Part shown: positions 21,699 to 33,842 of the stretch, in pieces
How the letters are laid out: every line of letters begins with the position of its first letter
Numbering within the stretch: position 1 is the first letter of the stretch
Origin: Vicinamibacterales bacterium
GTDB taxonomy: Bacteria > Acidobacteriota > Vicinamibacteria > Vicinamibacterales > JAMQPK01
Length of the DNA: 64,000 bases
Assembly: GCA_963775345.1 (NCBI GenBank)
Contig: CAVZIS010000007.1
Coordinates: 85,486-149,485 of the forward strand
Direction: 5' to 3'
The notes under the pieces: model-generated
The model's database searches: none
Seen by the model: the letters and a program-made list of their open reading frames with translations, nothing else
What the model was told of the DNA's origin: nothing
Translations under genes and position numbers: made by a program

Positions 21699-23022
21699 GC
21701 TGCTTTTCGGCGGTATCGATGGCTCTGCGGACGGCGTCGTAGTCGTTGGGCAGCTCGACGGGCTTGTTCGCGAGCCGCGACGAGACGCCGGCGAGCGTGC
21801 CGGTGTGGTAGCCCACCTTGAAGTCGGTGAACTTCAACCCGTTCGCGGTCGAAATGACGACGACCCGATCGTGAGGCTTGATCTGACCTCGTTCGCGAAG
21901 CTTGATGAGCACGGCAAGGGCGACGCCGGTGTGCGGGCAGTTGAACATGCCGGTGCGGTCGGCGCGGGCGGCCGCGTCGGCCAGCTCTGCCTCGGTCGCC
22001 TGCTCGACAACGCCGTTGTATTTCTGCAGCGCGCGGATCGCTTTCTTGACCGAAACGGGATTGCCAATCTGAATGGCCGATGCCAGCGTCGGCTTCGCCG
22101 TCACGGGATGGAAATCCCAGCCGTTCTTGTAGGCCAGATACAGCGGATTGGCGGCGGCCGCCTGCGCGACGACGATCCGGGGGCGTTTGGAAATGAGGCC
22201 GAGCGCTTCCATCATGTCGAAGCCGGCGCCGAGGGCACTGACGTTCCCCAGGTTTCCACCGGGGATGACGATCACGTCGGGGACCGACCAATCGAACTGC
22301 TGCACGATCTCGATGCCTACCGTTTTCTGGCCTTCGAGGCGCAGGCTGTTCATCGAGTTCGCGAGATAGACGCCTTCTTCGACCGACAGACGCTGGACGA
22401 TCGCCATGCAGCCGTCGAAATCGGTATCGAGTGACAGCACGAGCGCGCCGTTTGCGAGCGGCTGGACTAGCTGGGCCGTTGACACTTTGCCGCGCGGAAG
22501 AATGACGATCGAAGGGATTTCGGCCGCAGCCGCGTAAGCGGCGAGCGATGCGGAAGTGTCACCAGTCGACGCGCATGCGACCGCGCGAACGGGCTTCCGG
22601 TCGGCAATCATCTGCCTGACGACCGACACGAGCACCGTCATGCCGAGGTCCTTGAACGATCCGGTGTGCGACTGTCCGCACATCTTGATCCAGAGCTCGT
22701 CCATGCCGAGCTCGCGTCCGAACCGCTCGGCCCACATCAGGTTCGTGCCGCCCTCGTCCATCGACACGATGTTTTCGTCGCGCACACCGGGACAGACCCA
22801 TTCCTTCTTGCCCCAGACCGCCGATCCGTATGGCCACTCGGTCCGCTTGTAGCGGACGTCGAAAGTCTTCTTCCACTCGGCCGCGCTGCGCTTGCGCAGC
22901 GCACTCAGGTCGTGGACGACTTCGAGCAGGTCCCCGCACTTCGGGCATCGATAGATCGCCTGCTCCAGGTCGTACTCGCCCTCGCAGCCGGCGATGCACT
23001 TGAACGCGGCACGGTATCCCAT
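21682..23022 (-). CDS. thrC: threonine synthase
   Basis: Intact 446 aa with an N-terminal Cys ribbon (CPKCG), the PLP-lysine motif [10 protein letters not shown] and GNLGN. Confidence 0.9.
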   Translation of the reverse strand: MGYRAAFKCIAGCEGEYDLEQAIYRCPKCGDLLEVVHDLSALRKRSAAEWKKTFDVRYKRTEWPYGSAVWGKKEWVCPGVRDENIVSMDEGGTNLMWAERFGRELGMDELWIKMCGQSHTGSFKDLGMTVLVSVVRQMIADRKPVRAVACASTGDTSASLAAYAAAAEIPSIVILPRGKVSTAQLVQPLANGALVLSLDTDFDGCMAIVQRLSVEEGVYLANSMNSLRLEGQKTVGIEIVQQFDWSVPDVIVIPGGNLGNVSALGAGFDMMEALGLISKRPRIVVAQAAAANPLYLAYKNGWDFHPVTAKPTLASAIQIGNPVSVKKAIRALQKYNGVVEQATEAELADAAARADRTGMFNCPHTGVALAVLIKLRERGQIKPHDRVVVISTANGLKFTDFKVGYHTGTLAGVSSRLANKPVELPNDYDAVRRAIDTAEKQLATHR

Positions 23023-23128
23023 GGCCGTCTTCGTACATATAGTAACTTAGACGGTCCGGCTGACCCGCCTTCGCCAGGCTGCGGCGCGTCCGCCGTGCGC
23101 TTACGCGGAGCGGAAGCCGGACACGAGC

Positions 23129-24156
23129 TTGCGAAAACCTGTCGTTCTCATCACCGGCGCGAACGGCGAAATCGGCCACGCCCTGGTGGCGAATCTCGCC
23201 GAAACGCGGCACCAGGCGGTCGTCGCGCTCGATGTCAACGCGCTCGATCCGCACGTCGCGCGGCTGGTTCACCGTGAGTTCACGGGATCCATCCTCGACC
23301 TCAACCTGCTCGAACGAATCCTGGCGGAGTTCGAGGTCGACCTGATTTTTCACCTTGCGGCCCTTCTTTCGACGCGCGCCGAGTTCACCCCGATGGCTGC
23401 GCACCACGTGAACGTCGAAGGGACGCTCAACCTCCTCGAATTCGCGGCGCACGAAACGGAGTCACACGGCCGGCCGGTGGTGTTCATCTATCCCTCTTCC
23501 ATTGCTGCCTACGGCCTGCCGGACCTCGAGACGCGACGGAAGGCGGGTCGCGTTCGGCGAGGATGACTGGAACAAGCCCATCACCATGTACGGCTGCAAC
23601 AAGCTGTACTGCGAGCACCTCGGCCGGTACTATGCCAAGCATTACAAGCAGTTGTCGGAAACACGGCCGCCTCGGGTGGATTTTCGGTGCGTCAGATTCC
23701 CCGGACTGATCTCCGCCGTCACGGTGCCTTCAGGCGGCACATCCGATTACGCCTCGGAGATGATTCATGCGGCCGCGCGCGGCGAGCCGTATGCGTGCTT
23801 CGTCCGGCCGGATTCACGCATCCCGTTCATGGCGATGCCCGACGCGATCGACGCGCTGCTCAAGCTCTCTGCGGCGGCGCCCGATCGCCTGTCATGCAGC
23901 GCTTACAACGTGAAGGCCTTCAACCCATCGGCCGACGAGATTCGCACATCGGCGCTGCGCGCGTTCCCCGACGCAGCGATTACATATCGTGTCGATGCGA
24001 AGCGCCAGAGTGTCATCGATTCGTGGCCCGAGGACGTCGACGACAGCGCGGCGCGCAAGGACTGGGATTTTTCACCCGAGCTACGACTTCGACCGCGCGT
24101 TTCACGAATATCTGATACCGACGATCAGGAAACGACGGAACTGGACAAATGCATAA
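23129..24156 (+). CDS. NAD-dependent epimerase/dehydratase family protein resembling GalE-like L-threonine 3-dehydrogenase; 2 frame breaks
   Basis: VLITGANGEIGHAL, MYGCNKLYCE (YxxxK), RFPGLIS...GGTSDYASEMIHAA..YACFVRPDSRIPFMAMPDAIDA. A T5 run at about 24068 breaks the frame, and the reconstructed stop is TAA at 24154-24156. Confidence 0.7.
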
Positions 24157-24162
24157 ACAGAA

Positions 24163-24203
24163 CCTAGAACAGGAACCCAGCACCCAGCACCTGGAACCGT
24201 GAG
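24163..24203. repeat. heptamer tract CCAGCAC class upstream of the quinone oxidoreductase gene
   Basis: cctagaa caggaac ccagcac ccagcac ctggaac cgtgaga. A related ctggaac tggaacc occurs at about 51224-51240. Confidence 0.6.
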
Positions 24204-24214
24204 ATACATGCCAC

Positions 24215-25201
24215 ATGATCGCCATCGCCATCACTAAACCCGGCGGCCCCGAAGTCCTTCAACCAGTCGAAATTCCGACTCCGCAGCCAGGTCCGCGCGA
24301 AGTGCTGATTCAGGTCGCGGCGGCCGGTGTCAATCGTCCGGATCTCATGCAGCGCGAGGGCAAGTATCCACCGCCACCCGGCGCGAGCGATATTCCGGGC
24401 CTCGAGGTGTCGGGCACGATCGACCGCGTGCGGAGCCGATGTCGAGCCGGTGGCGTGCAGGCGATCGTGTCTGCGCGCTCGTTTCAGGTGGTGGATATGC
24501 GGAATATTGCATCGCGCCTGACGTGCAATGTCTGCCGGTTCCTCCGGCACTCGATCTCGTAGCCGGCGGGAGGTGTGCCCGAAACGTTTTTTACGGTCTG
24601 GACCAACGTCTTCGAGCGCGGCCGGCTCCGCGAAGGAGAATCGTTTCTCGTCCACGGCGGGTCGAGCGGAATCGGCACGACCGCTATTCAGATGGCCCGA
24701 GCATTCGGCGCGAGGGTGTTCGCGACCGCCGGCTCCGGCGAAAAATGCCTGGCGTGCGAGCAGCCTCGGGGCCGAGCGCGCGATCAACTACAAGACCGCA
24801 CGATTTCGCCGCCGTGCTGATGGATCTCACACATGGCCGCGGAATCGACGTGATTCTCGACATGGTGGGCGCCGCCTATTTCAGCTCGAAACCTGGATTT
24901 GCTGGCGCTCGAAGGACGGCTGCTGCAGATTGCCGTGCTTCACGGCGCGAAGGCGCGAGATCAACCTCGTTCGTCTGCTGCGCCAGCGGCTGACGGTGAC
25001 CGGCTCGACGTTGCGGGCGAGGACCGTCGAAGAAAAGGGCGCGATTGCCTGAGCGCTCGAGAGCGCCGTGTGGCCGCTTGTCGAGGACGGGAAAAATTCG
25101 GCCGGTGATCTACGCGACGTTCCCGCTAACGAGCGGCTGCCGAAGCCCATCGTCTGATGGAATCCGGCAGCCATATCGGAAAGATTCTTCTTACGGTCTA
25201 G
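24215..25201 (+). CDS. NADPH:quinone oxidoreductase (medium-chain dehydrogenase/zeta-crystallin family); about 7 frame breaks
   Basis: [65 protein letters not shown]. The C-terminus is ...[14 protein letters not shown] with TAG at 25199-25201. Confidence 0.75.
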
Positions 25202-26307
25202 CCGTGTACGTTCTCGAGTATCCGTTCCGGCTGTTGGTCACGGTGAACGAGCCGTCGGGTCGCGCAGTCACCTTGAGGTAATGCGCGGGCGAATGCGCCG
25301 CATTGCCGCCCGGTCCCGCTGGCGGCGTCGGAGATCCGCTGATGATCGCCGCCAGCTGATCGGGCGGGTCGATGTTCGCAATCATCACGCCGGGCGCGTT
25401 GTGCTCGACACCGCCCGCATACGACCAGTGAAGCTGCCAGAGGTCTTCGAAGCCCGGCGACGTTTCCAGCGTCTGAAACGTCTGCACGGCACCACCTTTG
25501 CGCGTGCCGTTGTTCATGATGGCCACGCGCGGCTGGATCGCGTGCACGAACGCCGGCGCACCCGACTGATCGAGGCCGTGGTGGTTCGTCAGATACAGAT
25601 CGACGGTTCCGACAGGGTTGTTCGGGCACATCAGCATGAATTCCCGGCTCCAGGTGAGATCGCCGAGATTGATCATCCGGAACCTTCCCAGCGCCATCAC
25701 GAATCCAGCCGAGTGATGGTTGTCCGGATCGACTTTGCTCTCGTCGCGCTCCTTGTGGGCGGCACATCCTGGATTCGGTCGGCCCGCGCCGGGCGCTTTC
25801 GGCAGCGCCGTTTTCAGCGGAACGCTGTCGCTCATCACCGCCGTCGTATCGGTCCCGGCAAATGCGAGCTTGTCGCCGGGCTTGATGATCGTGCGAGGAA
25901 TCGTCTTGTACAGCTCGGCGTACGCGGCCTGGAATTTCTGGATGTTCGGCCGGTCGCCTTCCACCGAGGGTCCGTGATCGTAGAGATGCTTGATCGGGAA
26001 TCTGCTTCGCGATATCGAGAAGGCTGCCGTAGTGATCGCCGTGATAGTGCGTCATCCAGAAATGATCGAGCTGTTTGACGCCGGCGATCTTCAGGACGTC
26101 CAGGATGCGATTCAGGTCGCGCTCGCCCGCGTTGCCGGCATCCACGAGGAGCGTCTGTCCCGCCGGCGAGATGTAGAGCGTGGCCTGTCCGCCTTCGGTA
26201 TCGATGAAATAGATGTCGAGGTTTTTGCCTGCTGCGGGCGCTTGCGCGGACGAAACGATCGGCATCACACACACGGCTAACACGATCAGGCACAGAGCTC
26301 TGCGCAT
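25191..26307 (-). CDS. secreted MBL-fold metallo-hydrolase; one frame break near 25970
   Basis: Signal peptide MRRALCLIVLAVCVMPIVSSAQA, IDTEGGQATLY, MTHYHGDHYG (HxHxDH), then ORF 25191..25964 (...LTNHHGLDQSG...). Confidence 0.7.
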
Positions 26308-26375
26308 GGATGCTCCTTTGGATTCGATCCAGCGCTGGGCGCGGTTTGTCCTCCGACCCGGCCTGCGAAGCTACG

Positions 26376-29300
26376 CTATGCGCCGCCCTCGATCGATCGC
26401 CGCAGCGCGATTGCCGGCTCACCCGGCGATGCCGCGGGCGCTGGGCCGCTTCCTGCTGCCCGGCACGCCGCTTCATGAACCGCACACGCGCACCCTCGAT
26501 GTAGACGTAGTACACGGGGGTGATGTAGAGCGTGAGGAACTGCGAAACGAGAAGGCCTCCGACGACCGCCAGCCCGAGAGGACGCCGCGATTCCGCGCCG
26601 GCGCCGAGGCCAAGCGCGATCGGCAGCGTGCCGACCAGCGCGCACATCGTCGTCATCATGATCGGGCTGGAACCGGACCAGACAGGCTTCGTGAATCGCT
26701 TCGAGCGGCGTCTTGCCGTGCTCGCGCTCGGCAAGCCGAAGCGAAGTCGACCATCATGATGCCGTTCTTCTTCACGAGGCCGACCAGCATGATGATGCCG
26801 ACGAACGCGTACAGACTGAGGTCGGTCTTGAACAACATGAGCGTCAGCAGCGCACCAAAGCCGGCCGCAGGAAGTCCCGACAGGATGACGAGCGGCTGCG
26901 TGAAGCTCTCGTACAGGACGCCGAGCACGATGTAAATCACGACGATTGCCATGATCAGCACGAGTCCCAGGCCCTTGCAGGGATTCCTGGAACGCCTGCG
27001 CCGTTCCCTGGAATTTCGTCGTTACCGTCGAGGGAAGGGTGGCCGCGGCGGCTTGCTCGATAGCGCTCACCGCGTCGCCAAGCGCATAGCCAGGCTTGAG
27101 GTTGAACGACATCGTGACCGACGGGAGCTGGCCCGTGTGGTTGACCGACAACGGCCCGACACCGGTCGTCACGGTCGCGACGGTATTGAGAGGGATGAGT
27201 TTTCCGCTCGTCGAACGGACGTACAGCATGGACAGCGCTGCGGGGTCCTGCTGAAACTCCGGCGCGACCTGCAGAATGACCTGGTACTGATTGCTGGCGG
27301 CGTAAATCTGCGAAACCTGCCGGGTGCCGTACGCATTGAAGAGCGCGGTTTCGACCTGGTTGACGGTCAGGCCCAGCGCCGCGATCCTGTCGCGATTCAG
27401 GCTGATCTGAATCTGCGGGTTGTTCAGACGCAGGTCGCTGTTGACATCCTCGATGCTCTCAATGTTGCGCATGACCTCTTCGAACTGGGGCGCCGCACGA
27501 TAGAGCTCCGGGGTATCCGGATCCTGAAGAGTGAACTGATAAGCGGCGCGGGCGCCTCCACCGCCGCCGATATTGATGGGCGGCTGATTGACCATGAAGA
27601 CGCGCACGCCCGGCACCTGCGAAAGCTTCGGCCGCAGGCTGGCCATGATTTGATCGACTGAACGGGTCCGCTGCGCCCGCGGTTTCAAGTCAACGCTGAT
27701 TCGACCCTGGTTTGACGTGCCGCCACCACCGCTCATCATCCCGCCGCCGCCGCCAATGCTGCTGCTGGAACCTGCGATGTCGGGGTCCTGCGCCAGAATC
27801 GCCGCAACTTCCTGCTGGTGGCGGACCATTTCGTCGAACCCGATGCCCTGGATGCCTTCGACGCTGACGTTGAAACGTCCCTGATCTTCGGACGGCAGAA
27901 ATCCCTTCGGGACGATCACGAACAGGTACGCCGCTCCCGCGACAAACAGCAGCGACAGGGCCATCGTGACCGCGCGATGCCTGAGGGCGAATTGCAACGA
28001 CACGTCGTAGGCCCACAGCGAGCCGTCAAACATCCGCTCCGTGAAGTTGTAGAGCCGGCCATGTTTCTTGCCGTGAGCCGTCGTCAGGAACCGGCTGCAC
28101 AACATCGGCGTCAGGCTGATTGACACGAAGCACGACACGAGAATGGCCACGCCGATGGTGACGGCGAACTCCTGCAGGAGACGTCCGACGATTCCGCCCA
28201 TGAACAGAATGGGGATGAACACGGCGACGAGCGAGGCCGTCATCGCGACGATCGTGAATTCGACTTCCTTCGCCCCATCGAATGCGGCCCGCATCGCCGG
28301 CTTGCCCATCTCCATGTGCCGTCCGATGTTTTCCAGCATGACGATCGTATCGTCGACGACGAACCCGATACAGAGCGTCAGGGCCATCAACGAGAGATTG
28401 TCGAGGCTGTAGTTCAGCAGGTACATCACCGCGAAGGTCGCGATGAGCGACACCGGAAGCGTCAAGCTCGGGATGATCGTCGCCGTGAAGCTGCGCAGGA
28501 AAACGAAGATGACCGCAATGACAAGTACGAGCGCAATCAAGAGCGTCAGCTTGACGTCGTGGACCGATTCGCGTATCGAGGTCGACCGATCCATTCTGAC
28601 GTCGAGCGGCACCGCCGGCGGCAGCTGCGCGCGAAGAGATGGCAGGAGTTCCCTGATTTGATCGACGACTGCCACGACGTTCGATCCCGGCTGCTTCTGA
28701 ATCATCAGAGAGATGTTGCGCATCCCCTGCCACCAGCTGGCCGTCTTGTCCTGTTCCACTCCGTCGTACACGCGCGCGACATCCGCAAGGCGAACCGGGT
28801 TGCCATTACGATACGCGATGACCATCGGGGCATACGACGCGGCGTTCAACAACTGACCATCGGCCAGAACGGTGAAGACGCGCTCCCGGCCGGCCATCGT
28901 GCCGGTTGGCAGGTTCACGTTCGAAGATTGAATCGCATTCACGACCTCATCGATGCCGATCCCATGCGCGGAGAGCTTCCGAGGGTCAACGTCGATGCGG
29001 ACGGCGTACTTCTGAGGGCCGAACACATTGACCTGCGCGACGCCATTGACAGTGGAAATGCGCTGCGAGACGTTCGAATCTGCGTATTCGTTCACCGTTG
29101 AAAGCGGAAGCGTCGCCGAACGCATCACGAGCATCATCACCGGATAGTCGCCGGGATTCACCTTGAAATACGACGGTGGCGACGGCATCTGCGGAGGAAG
29201 TTGACGCGTGGCGCGCGCAATCATCGTCTGGACGTCCTGCGCGGCCGCATCGATATCCCGGCTCAAGTCGAACTGGAGGGTGATGCTCGTACTGCCTTGC

Positions 29301-29554
29301 GTATTGCTCGAGTTCATCGACGTGAGACCCGAGATCGTCGAGAACTGCTTTTCCAGCGGCAGCGCCACAGCCGATGCCATCGTTTCGGGGCTTGCGCCTG
29401 GCAGCGACGCACTGACGGCGATCGTCGGGAAGTCGATCGCCGGCAGGTCGGCGACAGGCAGCACGCGATAGGCCATGATGCCGAACACCACGATGCCCAG
29501 CGTGATGAGCGTCGTGGTGATTGGGCGCTTGATGAAAAGACCTGCTAGGTTCAT
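26376..29554 (-). CDS. RND family efflux transporter permease (AcrB/HAE1-like); 2-3 frame breaks, 3' end uncertain
   Basis: [25 protein letters not shown]..., 12-TM RND architecture with two large periplasmic loops. Fragment 26656..26961 supplies TM10-11. The as-sequenced ORF runs on to 25835 over the next gene, and alternative-frame stops lie at 26419 and 26376. Confidence 0.85.
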
Positions 29555-30688
29555 GAGTCCGCCTTTAACCCGCTCGGGGTTTTGATGCTGATCCGGCTGC
29601 CGGGCACTAATCGCAGTTGGCCGTCGGTCACGACAGTCTCCCCCGGTTTCACGCCGCTCTTGAGAATCGTTTCTCGTGCCGCCGTGCGTGCAACGGTGAC
29701 CGGTCTCATCTCAACCGTTTGGTCGCTCTTGACCACGTAGACGTATTGACCCTCGGGGCCGGCCTGCACTGCCACCGCCGGTACGACGATCGCTTTCGCG
29801 TCCGTTGCGAGCCTCACGGACACGTTCACAAACTGCCCCGGCCACAGCCGCCGGTTTTCATTGGGAAACGTCGCCTTGATGCGGATCGTGCCGGTCGTCT
29901 GGTCGACGGCGTTATCGACGAACGTGATGTGGCCGACGGCCGGTGTGCACGGCTTCGTTGGGCGGTGTTGCCTCGACCTCGAGCGTGCGTGCGGCCATAT
30001 ATCGCCGCAAATCCGGAAGCAGGGTCTCTGGAATGCCGAACGAAACGTAGATGGGTGTGACCTGATTGATGACGACGAGCGGTGTCTGGTCGTTGGCCCG
30101 CACGAGGTTGCCGGCGTTTACCATCAGCGCGCCGGTTCGTCCGGAGATAGGAGCGCGAATCGTCGCGTACTGAAGCTGGACCTTCGCGTTCTCCACGGCG
30201 GCCCGGTTGGCGCCGACGACGGCATCCAGTGCCGCGGCCGTCGTGCGCGCAGTGTCTCGCTGCTCGCGGGTGCCGACTCCACGCTCGACGAGATCCTCCA
30301 TCCGTTGCGCGATGACTTTTGCGTTCGCGGCCTGCGCGGTGTCCCTCTCGAGATTGGCCTCGGCTTGATGCAGCGCGGCTTCCAACGGCCGATGGTCGAG
30401 CGTGAAAAGCACCTGACCGGCTTGCACGTCTTCACCCTGACGGAAGTTGACCGCTTTCAATTCCCCGGTAACCTGGGCCCTGACAGCGACGGTCGAAAAC
30501 GCCTCGACTGCGCCGACGACATTGGCCTCGAGAGGCATTGCCTTCTCGACGACGCGGTCGACGGTCACCGGAACAGCCGATGGAGTCTGGGTTCCACGCG
30601 GAGCATCCGCGCCTGCTCCTGAACAGGCTGGAGAAACCGCGCCTCCCGCGACGAGCAATATGAAAAGCAGGCCTCTAAGTCTCAGCAT
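29551..30688 (-). CDS. efflux RND transporter periplasmic adaptor (membrane fusion protein); one frame break
   Basis: Lipoprotein-like N-terminus LLVAGGAVSPAC, a coiled-coil hairpin region, RAPISGRTG, and a C-terminal beta-barrel domain in ORF 29551..29829. The stop overlaps the RND ATG (ATGA). Confidence 0.8.
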
Positions 30689-30775
30689 GGGGAATGTTGA
30701 TTCTATCGATCTGCGCGCCGATTGAATAGCCTAAACTCAGTTGCCGCCATACTATAGAGGTCGGTACTCCAACCA

Positions 30776-31477
30776 ATGACACCGCTGCGTATTGGCTTCG
30801 ACATGGACGGCACGCTGGCCGACCTCGCTTCGGCGTATGCCGACGTCGAGGACCGGCTTTTTGGCGCAGCCAGTTCCGAACATGTGGAGCCGGAACCGGA
30901 GGACCGCGAAGCCGAACAAAAGGCGGAACCCCGCATCTCTGAACGCCGTTCACGACCCCGTGACTCTGCTTACCACCGCGACCGGGTCTGGCGGACGATC
31001 GAAGCCACCCCCAATTTCTGGATGACCTTGAAGCCGATTGAAGAGAGCGCCGTCAAACGCCTTTACCGGCTGACCGGGGAGCACAGCTGGGAGGTCTTCT
31101 TCATCACTCAGCGTCCGGCGACAGCGGGCGGCACGGTGCAGTGGCAGACCCACAAGTGGCTGGTCGAGCAGGGATTTCTCACACCCAGCGTGATTCCTTT
31201 GTCTGGCGGTCGCGGCAGGGCGGCGGCGGCGCTGCGGCTCGATTACCTCGTGGACGATACGCCGCAGAATTGCGTGGATGTGCTCGCGGATTCCAAGACT
31301 CGCGCCATTCTTCTCGTCGCCCCCGGAGATGCGCTGGCGGAGAGCAGCGCGAGGCGGCTCGGCATCGGGACCGCTCACCACATTCACGAGGTGCTGGACT
31401 TGCTCGTTCAGGTGACCGAGGCGCGTGCGAACCCGTCACTGCTTGAGAAAATTCGAAACTTGGTCGGTTGGACCTAG
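30776..31477 (+). CDS. HAD-superfamily hydrolase, 5'(3')-nucleotidase-like, with an acidic/charged insertion after motif I
   Basis: Intact 233 aa with motif I FDMDGTLAD, FFITQRP and a late YLVDD. About 45 residues of Glu/Arg-rich sequence follow motif I. Confidence 0.55.
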   Translation: MTPLRIGFDMDGTLADLASAYADVEDRLFGAASSEHVEPEPEDREAEQKAEPRISERRSRPRDSAYHRDRVWRTIEATPNFWMTLKPIEESAVKRLYRLTGEHSWEVFFITQRPATAGGTVQWQTHKWLVEQGFLTPSVIPLSGGRGRAAAALRLDYLVDDTPQNCVDVLADSKTRAILLVAPGDALAESSARRLGIGTAHHIHEVLDLLVQVTEARANPSLLEKIRNLVGWT

Positions 31478-33795
31478 CACGGCGCAGTCAGAGTCCTGAA
31501 AAAACGCGTCAGTTTGACGGTGACCGCGCGATTGCGCAACGCCTGAGACCCGCGCTCGAGTGTGTTGCGGCTGTCGCTGTAGACGATGAACAAGTCGCTG
31601 CCCGGGCGGTATTCCCAACGAAAGCGCGCGTTGGTGGCCAATAGTCCGCCATCCGAGTTGTATTGCACCAGTGCGCTGACGAAGATGCGCGGGCTGAACA
31701 TGTAAACGAAGCGCCCGCCGAGCACCTTCGCGGTGAAACTTCCCTGCGGGACGTTGATCCAGTTGAACGAGATGTTTGGCTCGACAAGGAGATTCGGAAG
31801 CGGCTCGATCCGGCCGTCGGAAAACCCGACAGTGTGCTTGGTGCCGCCGAAAAAACCCCCCGATTCGAACGACAGCTCACCCGAGAGCCGGCGTTGGGTT
31901 CCAAACTCGTACTGCGCGCTGATGTTTCTGAACTGATACTTCCCGAGAGGAATCTCAACGCCCTCGATCACCTCGTACGGCTCGGTCAGCTCCTCTAGAT
32001 TGTCGACCAGCTCGAAACGGAACCCGTCACCGTTCTGAAACTCAATCCCGAAGGTGCCCTCGGCCACACGCGTTTCGAGCAACCCGTCGGACAGACGCGT
32101 GAATTGGTCGACGCTCGCAGAGTATTCGTACTGTCGAACGACCGCGCTCGACGCCGGTCTCGGACTGAACCGCAGCTCGCCGCTGTTTCTTCTGATATCA
32201 GCCCGTTGCACGTACCCTGCTTCGGGATTGAAGTGTTTGCCGACCCGCAAGTCTTCCAGAACAGCGCCGTACCGATCGCCACCGTACTCGAGTTGCACTC
32301 GAGAGCTTGCGGTGTCGCCGCGCAACCCCGGCGTATGGGTGTTGGCGAGATAGGTGTTGATGTTCAGGTTCTCATAAAAGGAAAACAGACCGTCAACGCC
32401 ATAGGCCTGATTCGCCGATTGCCGTGCGCCGTACGCGGACCGGTTGGCCATGATCAGCCCGATGTTGCTGCGGCGAAGGATGTCGCGGCGAACGCGCACC
32501 ACCGAGAAATTCGTCGAAGGCTGGCCCGACGCCTCGTCCTGTTTCGTCTGTATGCCCGACCATACCCAGCGTGATACTTTCCGGCTCGGCCGGTGAGACG
32601 CGCGCCGCCCAGGATCGGCACGGCGCGCCCTTCCTCATCGATCCCAATCCGCCGGCTGAAAAATGGCAACGGGATTTCTCCGGGTCGTCCGGATCCGCGT
32701 TGTGTGAAGCCTCCGAATGCGAAAATGCCCTGTCCTTCGAGGAAGAACTCCCGCTTTTCCGGATAAAACAGGCTGAAGCGCGTCAGGTTGACCTGCTGCT
32801 CGTCGTCTTCCACTTGAGCGAAGTCGGTGTTGTATGTGAAATCAGCAGTAAGGCCGCGCGTCACGCCGACTTTTGCGTCGACGCCGACGTTGGCTGAGCC
32901 TTTGTTGACGTAGGGAACCTCGGCCACCCAGATCTGTTTTCAGCGAGGAAATTCCATACGGCTTCACCTCGAACAGCCGCGATTCGGGAGGCGTCGTCAA
33001 TCCGACAAGCGTTGCGGCCGATGAGAATCGAAAGAGGCCGAACTGAGGTGGGGACTCGCCGCTCAGCGGGACCGGATTGAGATACGACATCTCATTCTTC
33101 CACTGCACGGTCCGGCGAACGTTGATGCCCCAGACCTGCTCGCCGGGGGCATATCTCAGCGAGCTGAACGGGAATCGCCATCTCGACCGCCCAGCCGCCG
33201 TCGAATCTCGCCGTGCGCGAGTCCCAAATCGTGTTCCAGTCCCGATTGTTGTCGCGCTCGTTGGTAATCGCGCCATCCGAAATGCCCCCAGCGGGGTTGA
33301 TCCCGAAGGAGAATCCATTGCGCCTGTCGTGAAACGTGTCCAGCGAGACCGACACGCTTTCGCCTTGACCGAACCCCGAGCTGTCGCGACGCATGTCAAG
33401 ACTGGACCATCGCTCCGGCGCCGAGTCGAAACATCGGAGTCCGATGTAGATCGCACGGTCGTCGAAAAATATCCAGAGCTGCGTCTGCTCGGTGGCCGGC
33501 TCGTTGTGACGCGGTTCGACCTGCACGAATCCGCTGGCCGGCTGATACTGCAAGTAGATCGATTCGTCGAGACGGCCATCCAACACGACCCGCTCGGGAA
33601 GCGGATGCGCATGGATGACGAGTTGGCCGTCTGCATCGCGCGACGCCATCTGGCCACCAGCGGCGGGCGGCGAAATCGGACTAGACGTGCCATGCCGGTG
33701 TCGGTTGACTGTGCCTTCGACCGGCCCGATGCCAGTGTCAGGAACAGCAGGACTGCGATCGCCGATGTGCAAGAGCTCTTATGAATTGGGCGATT
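31474..33795 (-). CDS. DUF5916 / carbohydrate-binding-family-9-like secreted or outer-membrane protein; about 6 frame breaks, start approximate
   Basis: Fragments 33092..33772 (VVLDGRLDESIY...WIFFDDRAIYIGLRCFD...), part of 32842..34038 (FPFSSLRYAPGEQVWGINVRR), 32454..32927 and 31474..32502 (a beta-strand-rich C-terminal half). A signal-like AIAVLLFLTLASGRSKAQ lies at the 5' end. Confidence 0.6.
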
Positions 33796-33842
33796 ATTCG
33801 TATACAGAGATTCGGTTGGCCAAGATCCACTAAGATCGCAAC

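Noticed and set aside
25835-26375. 3' extension of the giant 1239-aa RND ORF across the start of the MBL-fold gene
   Set aside because: The extension is Arg/Ser-rich nonsense overlapping a well-supported gene on the same strand in another frame. RND homology ends near ...[13 protein letters not shown], and alternative-frame stops lie at 26419 and 26376. It is a read-through caused by an indel.
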